In this document: one piece after another, positions 1-8,784 of the stretch | Layout of the letters: each line of letters starts with the position of its first letter | How positions within the stretch are numbered: position 1 is the stretch's first letter | Assembly: GCA_048938855.1 (NCBI GenBank) | Contig: JBHLLT010000003.1 | Span: 1-64,000 of the forward strand | Source: Promethearchaeota archaeon | GTDB taxonomy: Archaea; Asgardarchaeota; Lokiarchaeia; Sigyniarchaeales; SOKP01 | Length of the DNA: 64,000 nt | Direction: 5' to 3' | Notes under the pieces: generated by a model | What the model saw: the letters and a program-made list of their open reading frames with translations, nothing else | What the model was told of the DNA's origin: nothing | Database searches by the model: none | Translations under genes and position numbers: made by a program

Positions 1-193
1 TGTCTGTAAGTGACTTCACGTCTATCGGCTTGTCACTATAGATCGGGTTATCCGGCTGTGGAGCCATGTGGGAAACGTTCGCCTTTTTTAGAGAGAAATA
101 TTCCCCCGGCTTCGCGTTATCGTACGCATTTCTAACCATTTCAGAGATTGCTTCTATTTTTCTTTTATGTATTGCTAGTTTTTCTTCGCTCAT
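1..193 (-). CDS. FAD-binding oxidoreductase (FAD_binding_4, DHCR24/BfaA-like), N-terminal part only; runs off the window edge
   Basis: Not in the ORF track. Manual translation from ATG at 193: MSEEKLAIHKRKIEAISEMVRNAYDNAKPGEYFSLKKANVSHMAPQPDNPIYSDKPIDVKSLTD, open to position 1. Resembles the N-terminus (H..K+..I / L+K..VSH..P / IDV..L) of prokaryotic Delta24-sterol-reductase-like flavoproteins. Confidence 0.55.
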   Translation of the reverse strand, partial: MSEEKLAIHKRKIEAISEMVRNAYDNAKPGEYFSLKKANVSHMAPQPDNPIYSDKPIDVKSLTD

Positions 194-581
194 GTCGAAC
201 ACAGGGTTGGGATTATTGCACAAAACGATCTTTTTTTCGTATTACTTTCCATATTTTTGTTTAATTCCATTAATGAAGCAAGAGATTTTATGTTTAAATT
301 ACTTTTTAATTTAACTGATTTATATTATTAATCATTTTATTTAGTTGATTATATGTATGAATGAGGATATTTTTATTGTTTCAGCAGAGTATGGTAGGTA
401 TCTTGTTGAATCTAAATCTATAATAACTTTAATATTTTTCTTATACTGAAATTCGCATTGTTCATATTCATTGTAGACTATCTAATAGATTAGAAGAGAC
501 ATGACCTTTTAATCAGATTATTTAATGCTTTATATTATAATCAAGAGAAGAATTTCTGGTTAGATGATCTCTTTTTTCCAA

Positions 582-1637
582 TTATGTTGTTATAGGTTTT
601 TTCATATCCTCTTCCAGTTCGAATTTTCTTTTTTTGCGCCGTGCCATTTCAACAAACGCCTCTATACGTGTAATCATACCTGCTTCTCCCGAATGTTCGT
701 CCATTGTAATTTCCAGGAAAGGTAAACCTACAACCTTCATATCTCGCATTATTAATTCTGATATCAAACTATCTGGACCGCACGCAAAACTAACAAGAAA
801 GATTACGCCATCAATCTCATTGCGTCCTTTAGTTAAAAAATACCGAATTGCTTGCATAATTTCCTCTTCATGTTTCCAATAATTACGTAAACGTTTATTA
901 ACAATAACTGGGACCTTAAAAATGGATTCAGGTAGATTTTCTATAGTTAAGACTTCTACCCCTTGATCTCTTAATTTCTTTTGGAAGTCTAAATTAATAA
1001 AAGTATCAAAGATATTATAAGCATGCCCAAGAAGAAGAAATCTAAGGTCTCCCTTATATTTTTTCCTCGGTAAAGTAAATGGGCGGTTATATTCTACAAG
1101 CCTTAAAGCATGATTTACAGGAGCTCCATCCTGTAAAAATTTGTGGTACTCATCAAAGTATTTCTGCGCTTCTCTGTAAGCATTCAATGAATCGTTTTGA
1201 TTTTTGCCTAATTCTCTCCCTAATTCAATAACAGATGTAGCAATTGGAAATTCCTTAACATTAACTTCGAAGTTCAATAGTTTAGGAACCTCTGGCAAAA
1301 TCTTAATAACATCAGGTAGGGATAAAAATTTTGGACAGAAAAATGCCTCCTTTACCTCCGCTACATATCTTGGCACAAATATATAATCTAAGTCTGGATG
1401 ATCACGAACCAATTTTAAAACTTGACCATAATAAATCTTTACTGGAATACAGAGTTCTCCAAATCCATGTGTCACTCCCTCTTCCACTATTTTCTTATTT
1501 GTTGGTGGACTTAAAATGATCTCAACATCCAATTCCTCGAGAAGTTTTTTCCAAAAAGGAAAATACCGATAAAAATGAAGTGCCCTTGGTATTCCAACTT
1601 TAATGTTTTTCTTATTTGATTGCTCACTTGATTCCAT
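582..1637 (-). CDS. Acyl-CoA dehydratase activase-related protein (DUF2229/COG3580), Fe-S reductive module
   Basis: KVGIPRAL, ELCIPVK, FFCPKF, LLGHAYN, SFACGPDS and DEHSGEAG-x-ITRIEAF motifs; three conserved Cys. Confidence 0.85.
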   Translation of the reverse strand: MESSEQSNKKNIKVGIPRALHFYRYFPFWKKLLEELDVEIILSPPTNKKIVEEGVTHGFGELCIPVKIYYGQVLKLVRDHPDLDYIFVPRYVAEVKEAFFCPKFLSLPDVIKILPEVPKLLNFEVNVKEFPIATSVIELGRELGKNQNDSLNAYREAQKYFDEYHKFLQDGAPVNHALRLVEYNRPFTLPRKKYKGDLRFLLLGHAYNIFDTFINLDFQKKLRDQGVEVLTIENLPESIFKVPVIVNKRLRNYWKHEEEIMQAIRYFLTKGRNEIDGVIFLVSFACGPDSLISELIMRDMKVVGLPFLEITMDEHSGEAGMITRIEAFVEMARRKKRKFELEEDMKKPITT

Positions 1638-1657
1638 TTATTCAATTCCTCAAAAAC

Positions 1658-3334
1658 TTACGCTTCAGATGTATCGTAATAAAGCAAATCTCTAATTTGG
1701 TCCATCATTTTAGCTGTAAGTCTCTTAAGTTCATCATAATCAGGCATAGGTTTATCCCAATACTTTTGATGTTCCATAAATGGTGGTCCCGCCCTTAAAA
1801 TCTGACCTTTATAAAATTTCAACATTTTAGCATGTTTGGGGTAAGTCTGCTCGGTACCAGTTATACCAATAGGAATTATGGGAACTTTGGTTTCAATTGC
1901 CAATCGCATAGGACCTGTATGCCCCTCTAAAAGTTGACCATCTCCAGGATTGGTAGTTCCTTCTGGATATGTACAAACACACTCTCCTTGTTCTAAAAGT
2001 TCTCTAGCATAAGTAAAAGCATCTATATCATGCATTCCTCTCTTTAATGGAAATGCATGATGATTTCTTACCCAAGCATTAACTAATGGAAATTTAAATA
2101 ATGATTGTTTCGCCATTTGCCACATTACTCTTCTTGGTTCATGACGTATTAAAGTAGTAGCTAGAATAAGCACATCCCATTCTGAATTATGACTGGGACA
2201 AAGCAAAACACCACCTTCTTTAGGTATGTATTTATCAAAATCTATTGCTTTATATGGCATCATAAGATCAGACCAAGTACCCACTAAATCTCCCGAGAAT
2301 GCCATGACAGTTTTTTGAAATTGTCTACGTACACCAAATTCTTCCAAAGTCTTTAAAAGCGCATACCAAGAATCATCTATAAGCCGGAGAACACCTTTTG
2401 CTTGATCCTTCAAATAACCCATGAAATTAAAACTAGATTTTTTCTCCGCTTCTTCTGGAGCACCTATTGAAAGTTCCTGATCTTCTTCTTTACCGTAAAT
2501 TCCTTCTCTTAATTCCCATACATTATTTCGAAGCTCATCAGTTAATCTACGGATATCTTCATATGATACTGTATTGATGTCATATTCATGATAATAGATA
2601 GGATCCCCTACACGAACTTTTACTTGAGTAGGTTTCATAACAAGATTTCCTTTAGGTAATGCGTTTTTAGAACCAATTACTGCCATTGGAACAATTGGAA
2701 CATCCATCTCTATAGCAAGTCGAACTGCTCCAGTTTTAAACTCTCCTAACACTCCATCTTTCGAGCGGGTTCCTTCTGGGAATATTCCTACCCACTCACC
2801 ACCGGAAATAATTTCTTTAGCTTTTTCCCATCCTCGTTCAGGATTTTCTCGGTCAACTTTAAAGGCACCAAGATTATTGAAAAGAGTTCTTACAATTGGT
2901 GTTTTAAAATTATCCAATTTGCTCATATAACGAATTCTACGATGACAAGCTGCTCCATAGAAGAAGGGGTCAATATGAGATTCGTGGTTGCCCACTAGAA
3001 TGCCTGGACCATATTCAGGGAACATATTCCCTTTTGGATATTCGGCTTTAAAGTTCCAAAATGTTCGGACAGCCCATTTAATATAAATATATGCAGCCCA
3101 CCATTGTAACCGTCCTTCAATAGATTTTAACTCTAAGCGTTTGATAATATAGCGATATAAGTCATTTAAAGGATCGATTGGATTATATTTTAAGATTTTA
3201 TAAGTTATATCTTGATGTCGTTTTTCGTATTTTAGCTCTTCTTGCATCTTTTCTTCAATACTTTTCTTGAGATCGAGCTCTCGAGCTGTATCTACTCCTC
3301 TTTTATCTAATTCTTCAAGTTCCATATTGTTCAC
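1658..3334 (-). CDS. plsC: Tandem two-domain PlsC-family (lysophospholipid) acyltransferase
   Basis: Domain 1 has NHESHID and FPEGTRS. Domain 2 has SHNSEWD and YPEGTT. Both retain the HX4D catalytic motif. Confidence 0.9.
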   Translation of the reverse strand: MNNMELEELDKRGVDTARELDLKKSIEEKMQEELKYEKRHQDITYKILKYNPIDPLNDLYRYIIKRLELKSIEGRLQWWAAYIYIKWAVRTFWNFKAEYPKGNMFPEYGPGILVGNHESHIDPFFYGAACHRRIRYMSKLDNFKTPIVRTLFNNLGAFKVDRENPERGWEKAKEIISGGEWVGIFPEGTRSKDGVLGEFKTGAVRLAIEMDVPIVPMAVIGSKNALPKGNLVMKPTQVKVRVGDPIYYHEYDINTVSYEDIRRLTDELRNNVWELREGIYGKEEDQELSIGAPEEAEKKSSFNFMGYLKDQAKGVLRLIDDSWYALLKTLEEFGVRRQFQKTVMAFSGDLVGTWSDLMMPYKAIDFDKYIPKEGGVLLCPSHNSEWDVLILATTLIRHEPRRVMWQMAKQSLFKFPLVNAWVRNHHAFPLKRGMHDIDAFTYARELLEQGECVCTYPEGTTNPGDGQLLEGHTGPMRLAIETKVPIIPIGITGTEQTYPKHAKMLKFYKGQILRAGPPFMEHQKYWDKPMPDYDELKRLTAKMMDQIRDLLYYDTSEA

Positions 3335-3444
3335 ATATTGTTATTAAAATAAGTGTGAAAAATTAATAAAAAACAATCTTTTCAGCTGAATTATTTTTAT
3401 TAAAATACCCTTTTATATAAAAAATTAATGGTTGGGATAATACG

Positions 3445-3462
3445 CTAAAAAGTATGATTATT
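3445..3462 (+). repeat. 18-bp direct repeat, copy 1 (CTAAAAAGTATGATTATT)
   Basis: Identical to 6170-6187; the flanks are also similar (AATGGT upstream, TGAAAAAATAA downstream). Confidence 0.7.
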
Positions 3463-3665
3463 CATTAGTTGAAAAAATAAAGCAGTACTTTTTTTGCATA
3501 GTCAAAGTTCCTCTTGACTTTTATATGTCTAAATACAGCTCCTCTAAACTACCTTAGAAAGATTTAAGATACCATAATTAAGAGAATCAATTTTAAAGTA
3601 AAAACTAAAAGTAAAAAAAAATTGAAATTTATATTTTTGATGACTAATTTACTTTAGAATTGGCA

Positions 3666-5897
3666 TTATGACGCAATGAAGGAGTAGAAGGATCCAAACG
3701 TGTGCTCATAACCTGGTTGGTTGGCAACTACCATTACATTATATGTTTGAACAGTTTTAGTGTCTAATAAAGTCAATAATTCTCGTCCATCTTCGGTAAC
3801 ATCATCGACATTCATAGAGGCTATATTAATTTTTGTTCTCACTAAAGTACCTCTCCTAAAGATACTTATTGTTTCAATGAAATTCACTTCAAAATCGTTT
3901 GGTATGGCACCATCAGTTATGTACCATCCAGTATTTACGGTCCAGTCATCTTCACCACTCTCAACATCGTCATAAAATCCAATTTCGGGTATTTCTATAT
4001 CGTCAATATACCATCCTAATTCGAGAGTATATGGATCCGTCCAATAGGTAAAGAAAAGTTCTATCTCATGACCTGCAAATATTGACAAATCCATAGACTC
4101 TTCATACCAACCAGGAGAAAGACCTGTAAATCCATTCCATCGTCCTGAATAATAATAGGTTGTTGGTTCACGATAATCAGGACAATTAGGGTTATCTGTT
4201 CCCAAATTATACCCAACATCGCCAACTGTGGCTAATCCAGGAAGAGTGTACCACTCATCAGTGTCAAGATCATGCACCTCTACATAACCAAAGTCCCAAT
4301 CTTCCTCGATTTCGAAGTAAGTCCAGAAATTTAACGTTGCTCCCGATGTAGGTATATCAAAAGTATGACTCATTGTGAACCATGCCCACGCATCACCACC
4401 AGAATACCACTCATATGTACCACTATGTGCTACCACACCACTATAGGCATCACCGTAAAAGTTCATTTCTACATATTTTTTACCTCCAGGATAGAACTCA
4501 ACATAATTCGCTTGATATGGTAACGAGGTCCCAAATGGATAGTTATATCCGTAATTTGGATATGTGTCTACCTGAGTATCGAAGTAGTTTGGATATAAAT
4601 ATTCCCACATCCATAATGTATAGGGTATGTCATACCATTCTGTGTCAGCAGAAGGAATATCTAATGCGTAATAGCCATATATTCCCCTTTTAAATGATGT
4701 ATCATCGAGATAATTTGCAATACACCAATCTTCGAAGATTTCATCAAAAGATTTTTTTATATGGTGCTTAGCAAGCACGTTGTTCCATCCTTCGATTCCA
4801 TTGGTTTGTTCATGAGTAAGATCCCATATTAACGGTGCACCCCCATAATGTTCGTACATATAGAACGTCCACAGAAACACCGCTCCGTAATCAGCTAATG
4901 TACCTTGCCAGATCACCAATGAAACATCCCACCAGTAGATCAAATACTCTGATATATGTCCTGGTGAGAATCCATATCCACATATCCATTCAGCTAACGT
5001 TGAACATCCTTCATTAACCCATGATAATTCATCAGAATCTACATCATAATGGACAAGGTGTTGAAATTCATGGGCAAATGTACCTTCGTATTGAAGTGGG
5101 AGTGGATTGAGACCATAGGGAAGTGGAGGAGTTGGGTAATCGAGTCTTCTCCACCATTGGTAAGTATCCATATGGAATATATTTGCATCATTGAGATTAC
5201 TAGCAAAAGACCAGAAATATCCTATTGTAAACCAGGGAGCGTTTATAGGATCATAGAAGAGTCCATCTCGGATATTGAATATTAATATCTGAATTTTGTA
5301 GTCGTTCAATGGACCTGGTCGATCAGCATACTCACCGAAGTGGGACACGACCGTATCATGGATGTTATTATCGAATTCGTCTACAACATGCAGTAAGTCC
5401 GCTCCTGTTATCCAGTCGCAATAGCCAGGTGGTAAATAGTACCCATCCTCATCAGGATCAGGGGGACCTGGTAGGCCTATTGAACTCCATGGATATACAA
5501 AATACCAGGTATCATCTTCGAAACCAGAACCTCCAGGATCATAATAGTCTTGGAATCCTCCATCCCAGATATCAGGATTTAATCCAATCCAAACATTACA
5601 GTGAACTCCTTGTAAAACGCACTCAAAGTCTTGATAGTAAAATCCGCCATAATAATCATCAGAAACAGGTACAGTCCATGGATTTCCAGTATCTGGTTGT
5701 GCTCCTACCATTGTTAATCCTTCAAGACAAGGGGTCCCGTCGATTCCTTCTAGATTTCCTAATGATCTCGAGGGTAACTCTTTTAAGGTGGGTTCATCAG
5801 CCTTAATCTCTCCTCTAGTATAGAAAGCTAGTGAAATGTTTGTCGTACTTATAAGAGTGAAGACTAAAAACATTATTAAAAAATATTTTTTTCTCAT
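3666..5897 (-). CDS. Secreted zinc metallopeptidase (M30-like catalytic domain plus InhA/M6-type C-terminal beta-domain)
   Basis: Signal peptide (MRKK + hydrophobic stretch); HEFQH zinc motif followed by WVNEG; C-terminal F..EEDWDFGYVEV...GWYIDDIEI immune-inhibitor-A-like domain. Confidence 0.8.
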   Translation of the reverse strand: MRKKYFLIMFLVFTLISTTNISLAFYTRGEIKADEPTLKELPSRSLGNLEGIDGTPCLEGLTMVGAQPDTGNPWTVPVSDDYYGGFYYQDFECVLQGVHCNVWIGLNPDIWDGGFQDYYDPGGSGFEDDTWYFVYPWSSIGLPGPPDPDEDGYYLPPGYCDWITGADLLHVVDEFDNNIHDTVVSHFGEYADRPGPLNDYKIQILIFNIRDGLFYDPINAPWFTIGYFWSFASNLNDANIFHMDTYQWWRRLDYPTPPLPYGLNPLPLQYEGTFAHEFQHLVHYDVDSDELSWVNEGCSTLAEWICGYGFSPGHISEYLIYWWDVSLVIWQGTLADYGAVFLWTFYMYEHYGGAPLIWDLTHEQTNGIEGWNNVLAKHHIKKSFDEIFEDWCIANYLDDTSFKRGIYGYYALDIPSADTEWYDIPYTLWMWEYLYPNYFDTQVDTYPNYGYNYPFGTSLPYQANYVEFYPGGKKYVEMNFYGDAYSGVVAHSGTYEWYSGGDAWAWFTMSHTFDIPTSGATLNFWTYFEIEEDWDFGYVEVHDLDTDEWYTLPGLATVGDVGYNLGTDNPNCPDYREPTTYYYSGRWNGFTGLSPGWYEESMDLSIFAGHEIELFFTYWTDPYTLELGWYIDDIEIPEIGFYDDVESGEDDWTVNTGWYITDGAIPNDFEVNFIETISIFRRGTLVRTKINIASMNVDDVTEDGRELLTLLDTKTVQTYNVMVVANQPGYEHTFGSFYSFIAS

Positions 5898-6169
5898 TTT
5901 ATTATCCGCCCTTTTTTTGTATTTAATTCAAGAAAATTCACTATTTTCTGTAGAAATAAAATAATGAAATTTTTTTTTCAAAAATGTTGCATTTAGCTTT
6001 AAGATTAACTAATATTTAACACTTTTGTCAAAATGACTAATCAATTGATTTCAGTCCCAATTATGCCAAATTGGATCAAAATTGCTTAAAAATTCATCTA
6101 AGTCTTGTAAAATGAAGAATTCTTAGAGTTTACAAAATCCAAATCTTGAAGAAAAATGGTATTCATTTA

Positions 6170-6187
6170 CTAAAAAGTATGATTATT
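6170..6187 (+). repeat. 18-bp direct repeat, copy 2
   Basis: Identical to 3445-3462. Confidence 0.7.
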
Positions 6188-6316
6188 TTTATGAAAAAAA
6201 TAAGATATAAATTTCCAAAAAAAGTTCTTTGTAGAAAATTAGTCTCTAACTCGTCATTTGACTTATCTAAATATACAAAAATTAATAAATCAAATATAAA
6301 AAAAGAAAAAATAAGA

Positions 6317-6584
6317 TTATTCTAATATTTTTTCTAACTCATCTAGAGATTCAACTAGAAGATCAGGTTTATAATTTGTTAAAATTTCGGTTTTACTTAC
6401 TCCACTTGCCACACCTATAGTCCAAAAACCAGCTTCTCTGCCAGCAGTGATGTCTGAAGGCATATTACCGATCATTAAAAATTCATCTCTTCGACGTTTT
6501 TCATAGTTTTCCAATGTTGGCTGTAATGCCATTGGATGGGTTTTTGAACAGGTATTTTATCACTTCCATAAACTCCTTTAAAAT
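6317..6584 (-). pseudogene. Displaced/duplicated 3' fragment of the HAD hydrolase gene at 10012-10746
   Basis: Translates to near copy of the HAD C-terminus (ALQP.LENY..RRRDEFLMIG.MPSDI.AGREAGFWTIGVASGVSK). 32-bp exact match of 6539-6570 with 10238-10269. One-base deletion near 6537; no 5' two-thirds of the gene. Confidence 0.9.
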
Positions 6585-6646
6585 TTAACCCAATTTTTAT
6601 AAATATTACAAATTAGAAAAAGAAAAAATAGAAATTTTATATAATT

Positions 6647-6748
6647 TTATAACCTTTTTCGATTGACCTTGATTATAACGGCAGATATTATGATTATCAT
6701 CAACAAAATCAAGAATAAGTCGTAACCGGGGATTTCAGGTGGAAATGT
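6647..6748 (-). pseudogene. Orphan Loki-CTERM sorting-signal remnant
   Basis: Manual translation TFPPEIPGYDLFLILLMIIIISAVIIKVNRKRL* (IPGYD + transmembrane helix + basic tail + stop). An in-frame TAA lies immediately upstream and there is no start before the motif. Confidence 0.75.
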
Positions 6749-6953
6749 TTATAGGTTATCTATTCATGATGCAAATATAAATTTCGAAAATAATTAATGA
6801 TATTTTACTTATAGAGAAAGATATAGGTGAATTTATGTCTTTAATTGTATGAGAAGGTTATTAATTTTCTTTAACTGTATTGTCTCGTAAATTATTAATA
6901 ATTTTTTCAAATTAAGTAATTATTATAAATTTAAAATTTACTCTACTTCTGTT

Positions 6954-7925
6954 TTACTCTCTATATTGTTTAAAATATTTTTCTAGCTTGTATTTTCTGA
7001 TAATTACAACAATTACTACTCCTAAAAGAAAAACGGAAATTATTCCTATAAGAACGTAGAATATAACTTTTGGAGTGGAACTTGTAATTTTATAGAAAAC
7101 ATAATCTTCTGAGTCCTTAATAATGATATTATTGATAAAGCCTTGAGTATTGTAAGTTGCTTCAACAGAATAACTTTTTTCTCCATGTCTTTGCAAAATA
7201 AGAGAATTACCTTGAATTGTTGTGTTTGTGCTTCCAACAGCATTTATGAATGAAGATAAATATTGATTTTTAGGAATACATAATGCAAGTCTTTTAGTTA
7301 TTAATTGTAAAACTAGATCATCTCCACTAAGAATAGGTAACGAGTAATTTAATGACTGTAAAACAGGATCACTATTAACTATTCGAGAATAATTATTATA
7401 ATCATTTAATAATGATAAAGAATTTTGGGGAAATTTAAAGATATATGATCGCTGGATATGTGTAGTATCATTGAATTCTTTAGTTGTAAATCTCCAAAAG
7501 CTAGAAGTATAACTACTGACTTCATATACATTTGGATAATGGTTTTCAATATAATATTGATCATATCCATAATCTTTAATGAATTCATAAATGGATAAAT
7601 AATTTTGTGGAATTACCATCCTCAAAAACAAAGAAGGTGTAGTCACATTCACATCAAAAAAATATGATAGTGTATATTTACTCTTAGCTCCAATTTTATC
7701 AGCATCTCCCCCAAACCAATCACTTGGAGTTGATGATACATTTACCGTGTTTTTCCAAATTTCAGCATCATATTTTTTAACTTGGAATAATTGTGTACCA
7801 ATTTCCAAATCATTAGAGTAGGGAGAATCAGCATTTACTACAGAAATTAAGATGAGATTTATTAATGGAATTATAATAAACAAAATAATAATTATCTTTG
7901 AAGTTATCCATGTTTTTTCTATCAT
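6954..7925 (-). CDS. Secreted, C-terminally membrane-anchored hypothetical protein
   Basis: N-terminal signal/TM segment, N-glycosylation sequons, C-terminal TM followed by basic residues; co-oriented with the ABC genes. Confidence 0.75.
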   Translation of the reverse strand: MIEKTWITSKIIIILFIIIPLINLILISVVNADSPYSNDLEIGTQLFQVKKYDAEIWKNTVNVSSTPSDWFGGDADKIGAKSKYTLSYFFDVNVTTPSLFLRMVIPQNYLSIYEFIKDYGYDQYYIENHYPNVYEVSSYTSSFWRFTTKEFNDTTHIQRSYIFKFPQNSLSLLNDYNNYSRIVNSDPVLQSLNYSLPILSGDDLVLQLITKRLALCIPKNQYLSSFINAVGSTNTTIQGNSLILQRHGEKSYSVEATYNTQGFINNIIIKDSEDYVFYKITSSTPKVIFYVLIGIISVFLLGVVIVVIIRKYKLEKYFKQYRE

Positions 7926-7972
7926 ATTTTTATCACATTTTATTTATCAATTCAATTTTCATTTTTTTTATA

Positions 7973-8779
7973 TTAAAATTCTCTATATTTAAATATTAAA
8001 ATACTTAGAACAAGAAATAATACAATGTAAAGCGAAAATACAATTAATGCTTCTTCTATACCTGGAAAAAGCCAAACTCCTGTAGGATCACGTCTATTCC
8101 ACTCGGAAAAATAGGGATATAAAATATTCACTACTATTTGAAAAAGATAGTCGAATGAAAATAATGGCTCTATTCGGGAATTAATGTATAAAATAGAGTA
8201 TCTAATCATTGGATCTCCCATGAAAAAATATCCTACAAATATTATAATTACGGGAATCATTGATCGAAAAATAGAACTTAAAAAAGTCGCAATGCTACCC
8301 AATGCTAAAGCATATAATACTGCAAAACTAAAACTATATAATAAAGTTTTAAGTAGTGGTCCAGCAAAGAAATAGTAACCAAAAAGTGCCATAGATAAAT
8401 AATAAACTGAAATAATACCAATAACTAATAGTGAATTTGCAAAATACTTTCCGAGAATTAATTTATATCTATGAATTAAAGGTACTATTTCTAAGCCTGT
8501 CTTATTTTTATACTCAGAACAAATAATACCCCCAAACAAAAAAGAAACAGCTAAACTAATAAATAGAGGGAAAAAATATAATCCAAATACATAGAACATA
8601 TCTTGACTATCTAAAAACTGTGCTTGAATAGTTGCTATAAAATTATTTAAGAATAATGCAAGAATAGATATTCCTGAAAAGATAACAACTTTTTTCCATT
8701 GTAATCTTATTTGAAAAGTGATAGTATGAAAAATAGGTTTTATTTCCAAATACAAATTATTTAATAAATCCATTTTCAC
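7973..8779 (-). CDS. ABC-2 type transporter permease
   Basis: About six TM helices; I.SEY...T...+.P+.R..++.GK motif. Confidence 0.85.
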   Translation of the reverse strand: MKMDLLNNLYLEIKPIFHTITFQIRLQWKKVVIFSGISILALFLNNFIATIQAQFLDSQDMFYVFGLYFFPLFISLAVSFLFGGIICSEYKNKTGLEIVPLIHRYKLILGKYFANSLLVIGIISVYYLSMALFGYYFFAGPLLKTLLYSFSFAVLYALALGSIATFLSSIFRSMIPVIIIFVGYFFMGDPMIRYSILYINSRIEPLFSFDYLFQIVVNILYPYFSEWNRRDPTGVWLFPGIEEALIVFSLYIVLFLVLSILIFKYREF

Positions 8780-8784
8780 ACCCT

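Noticed and set aside
66-314. 82-aa plus-strand ORF in the track
   Set aside because: It is antisense to the more convincing minus-strand flavoprotein start (1-193) and runs into AT-rich intergenic DNA.
3760-5806. Several plus-strand ORFs (up to 165 aa) inside the peptidase gene
   Set aside because: These are shadow ORFs favoured by the locally higher GC content; no motifs or RBS.
5932-5975. Imperfect inverted repeat upstream of the peptidase
   Set aside because: Arms are almost entirely A/T with mismatches, as expected by chance in this AT-rich DNA.
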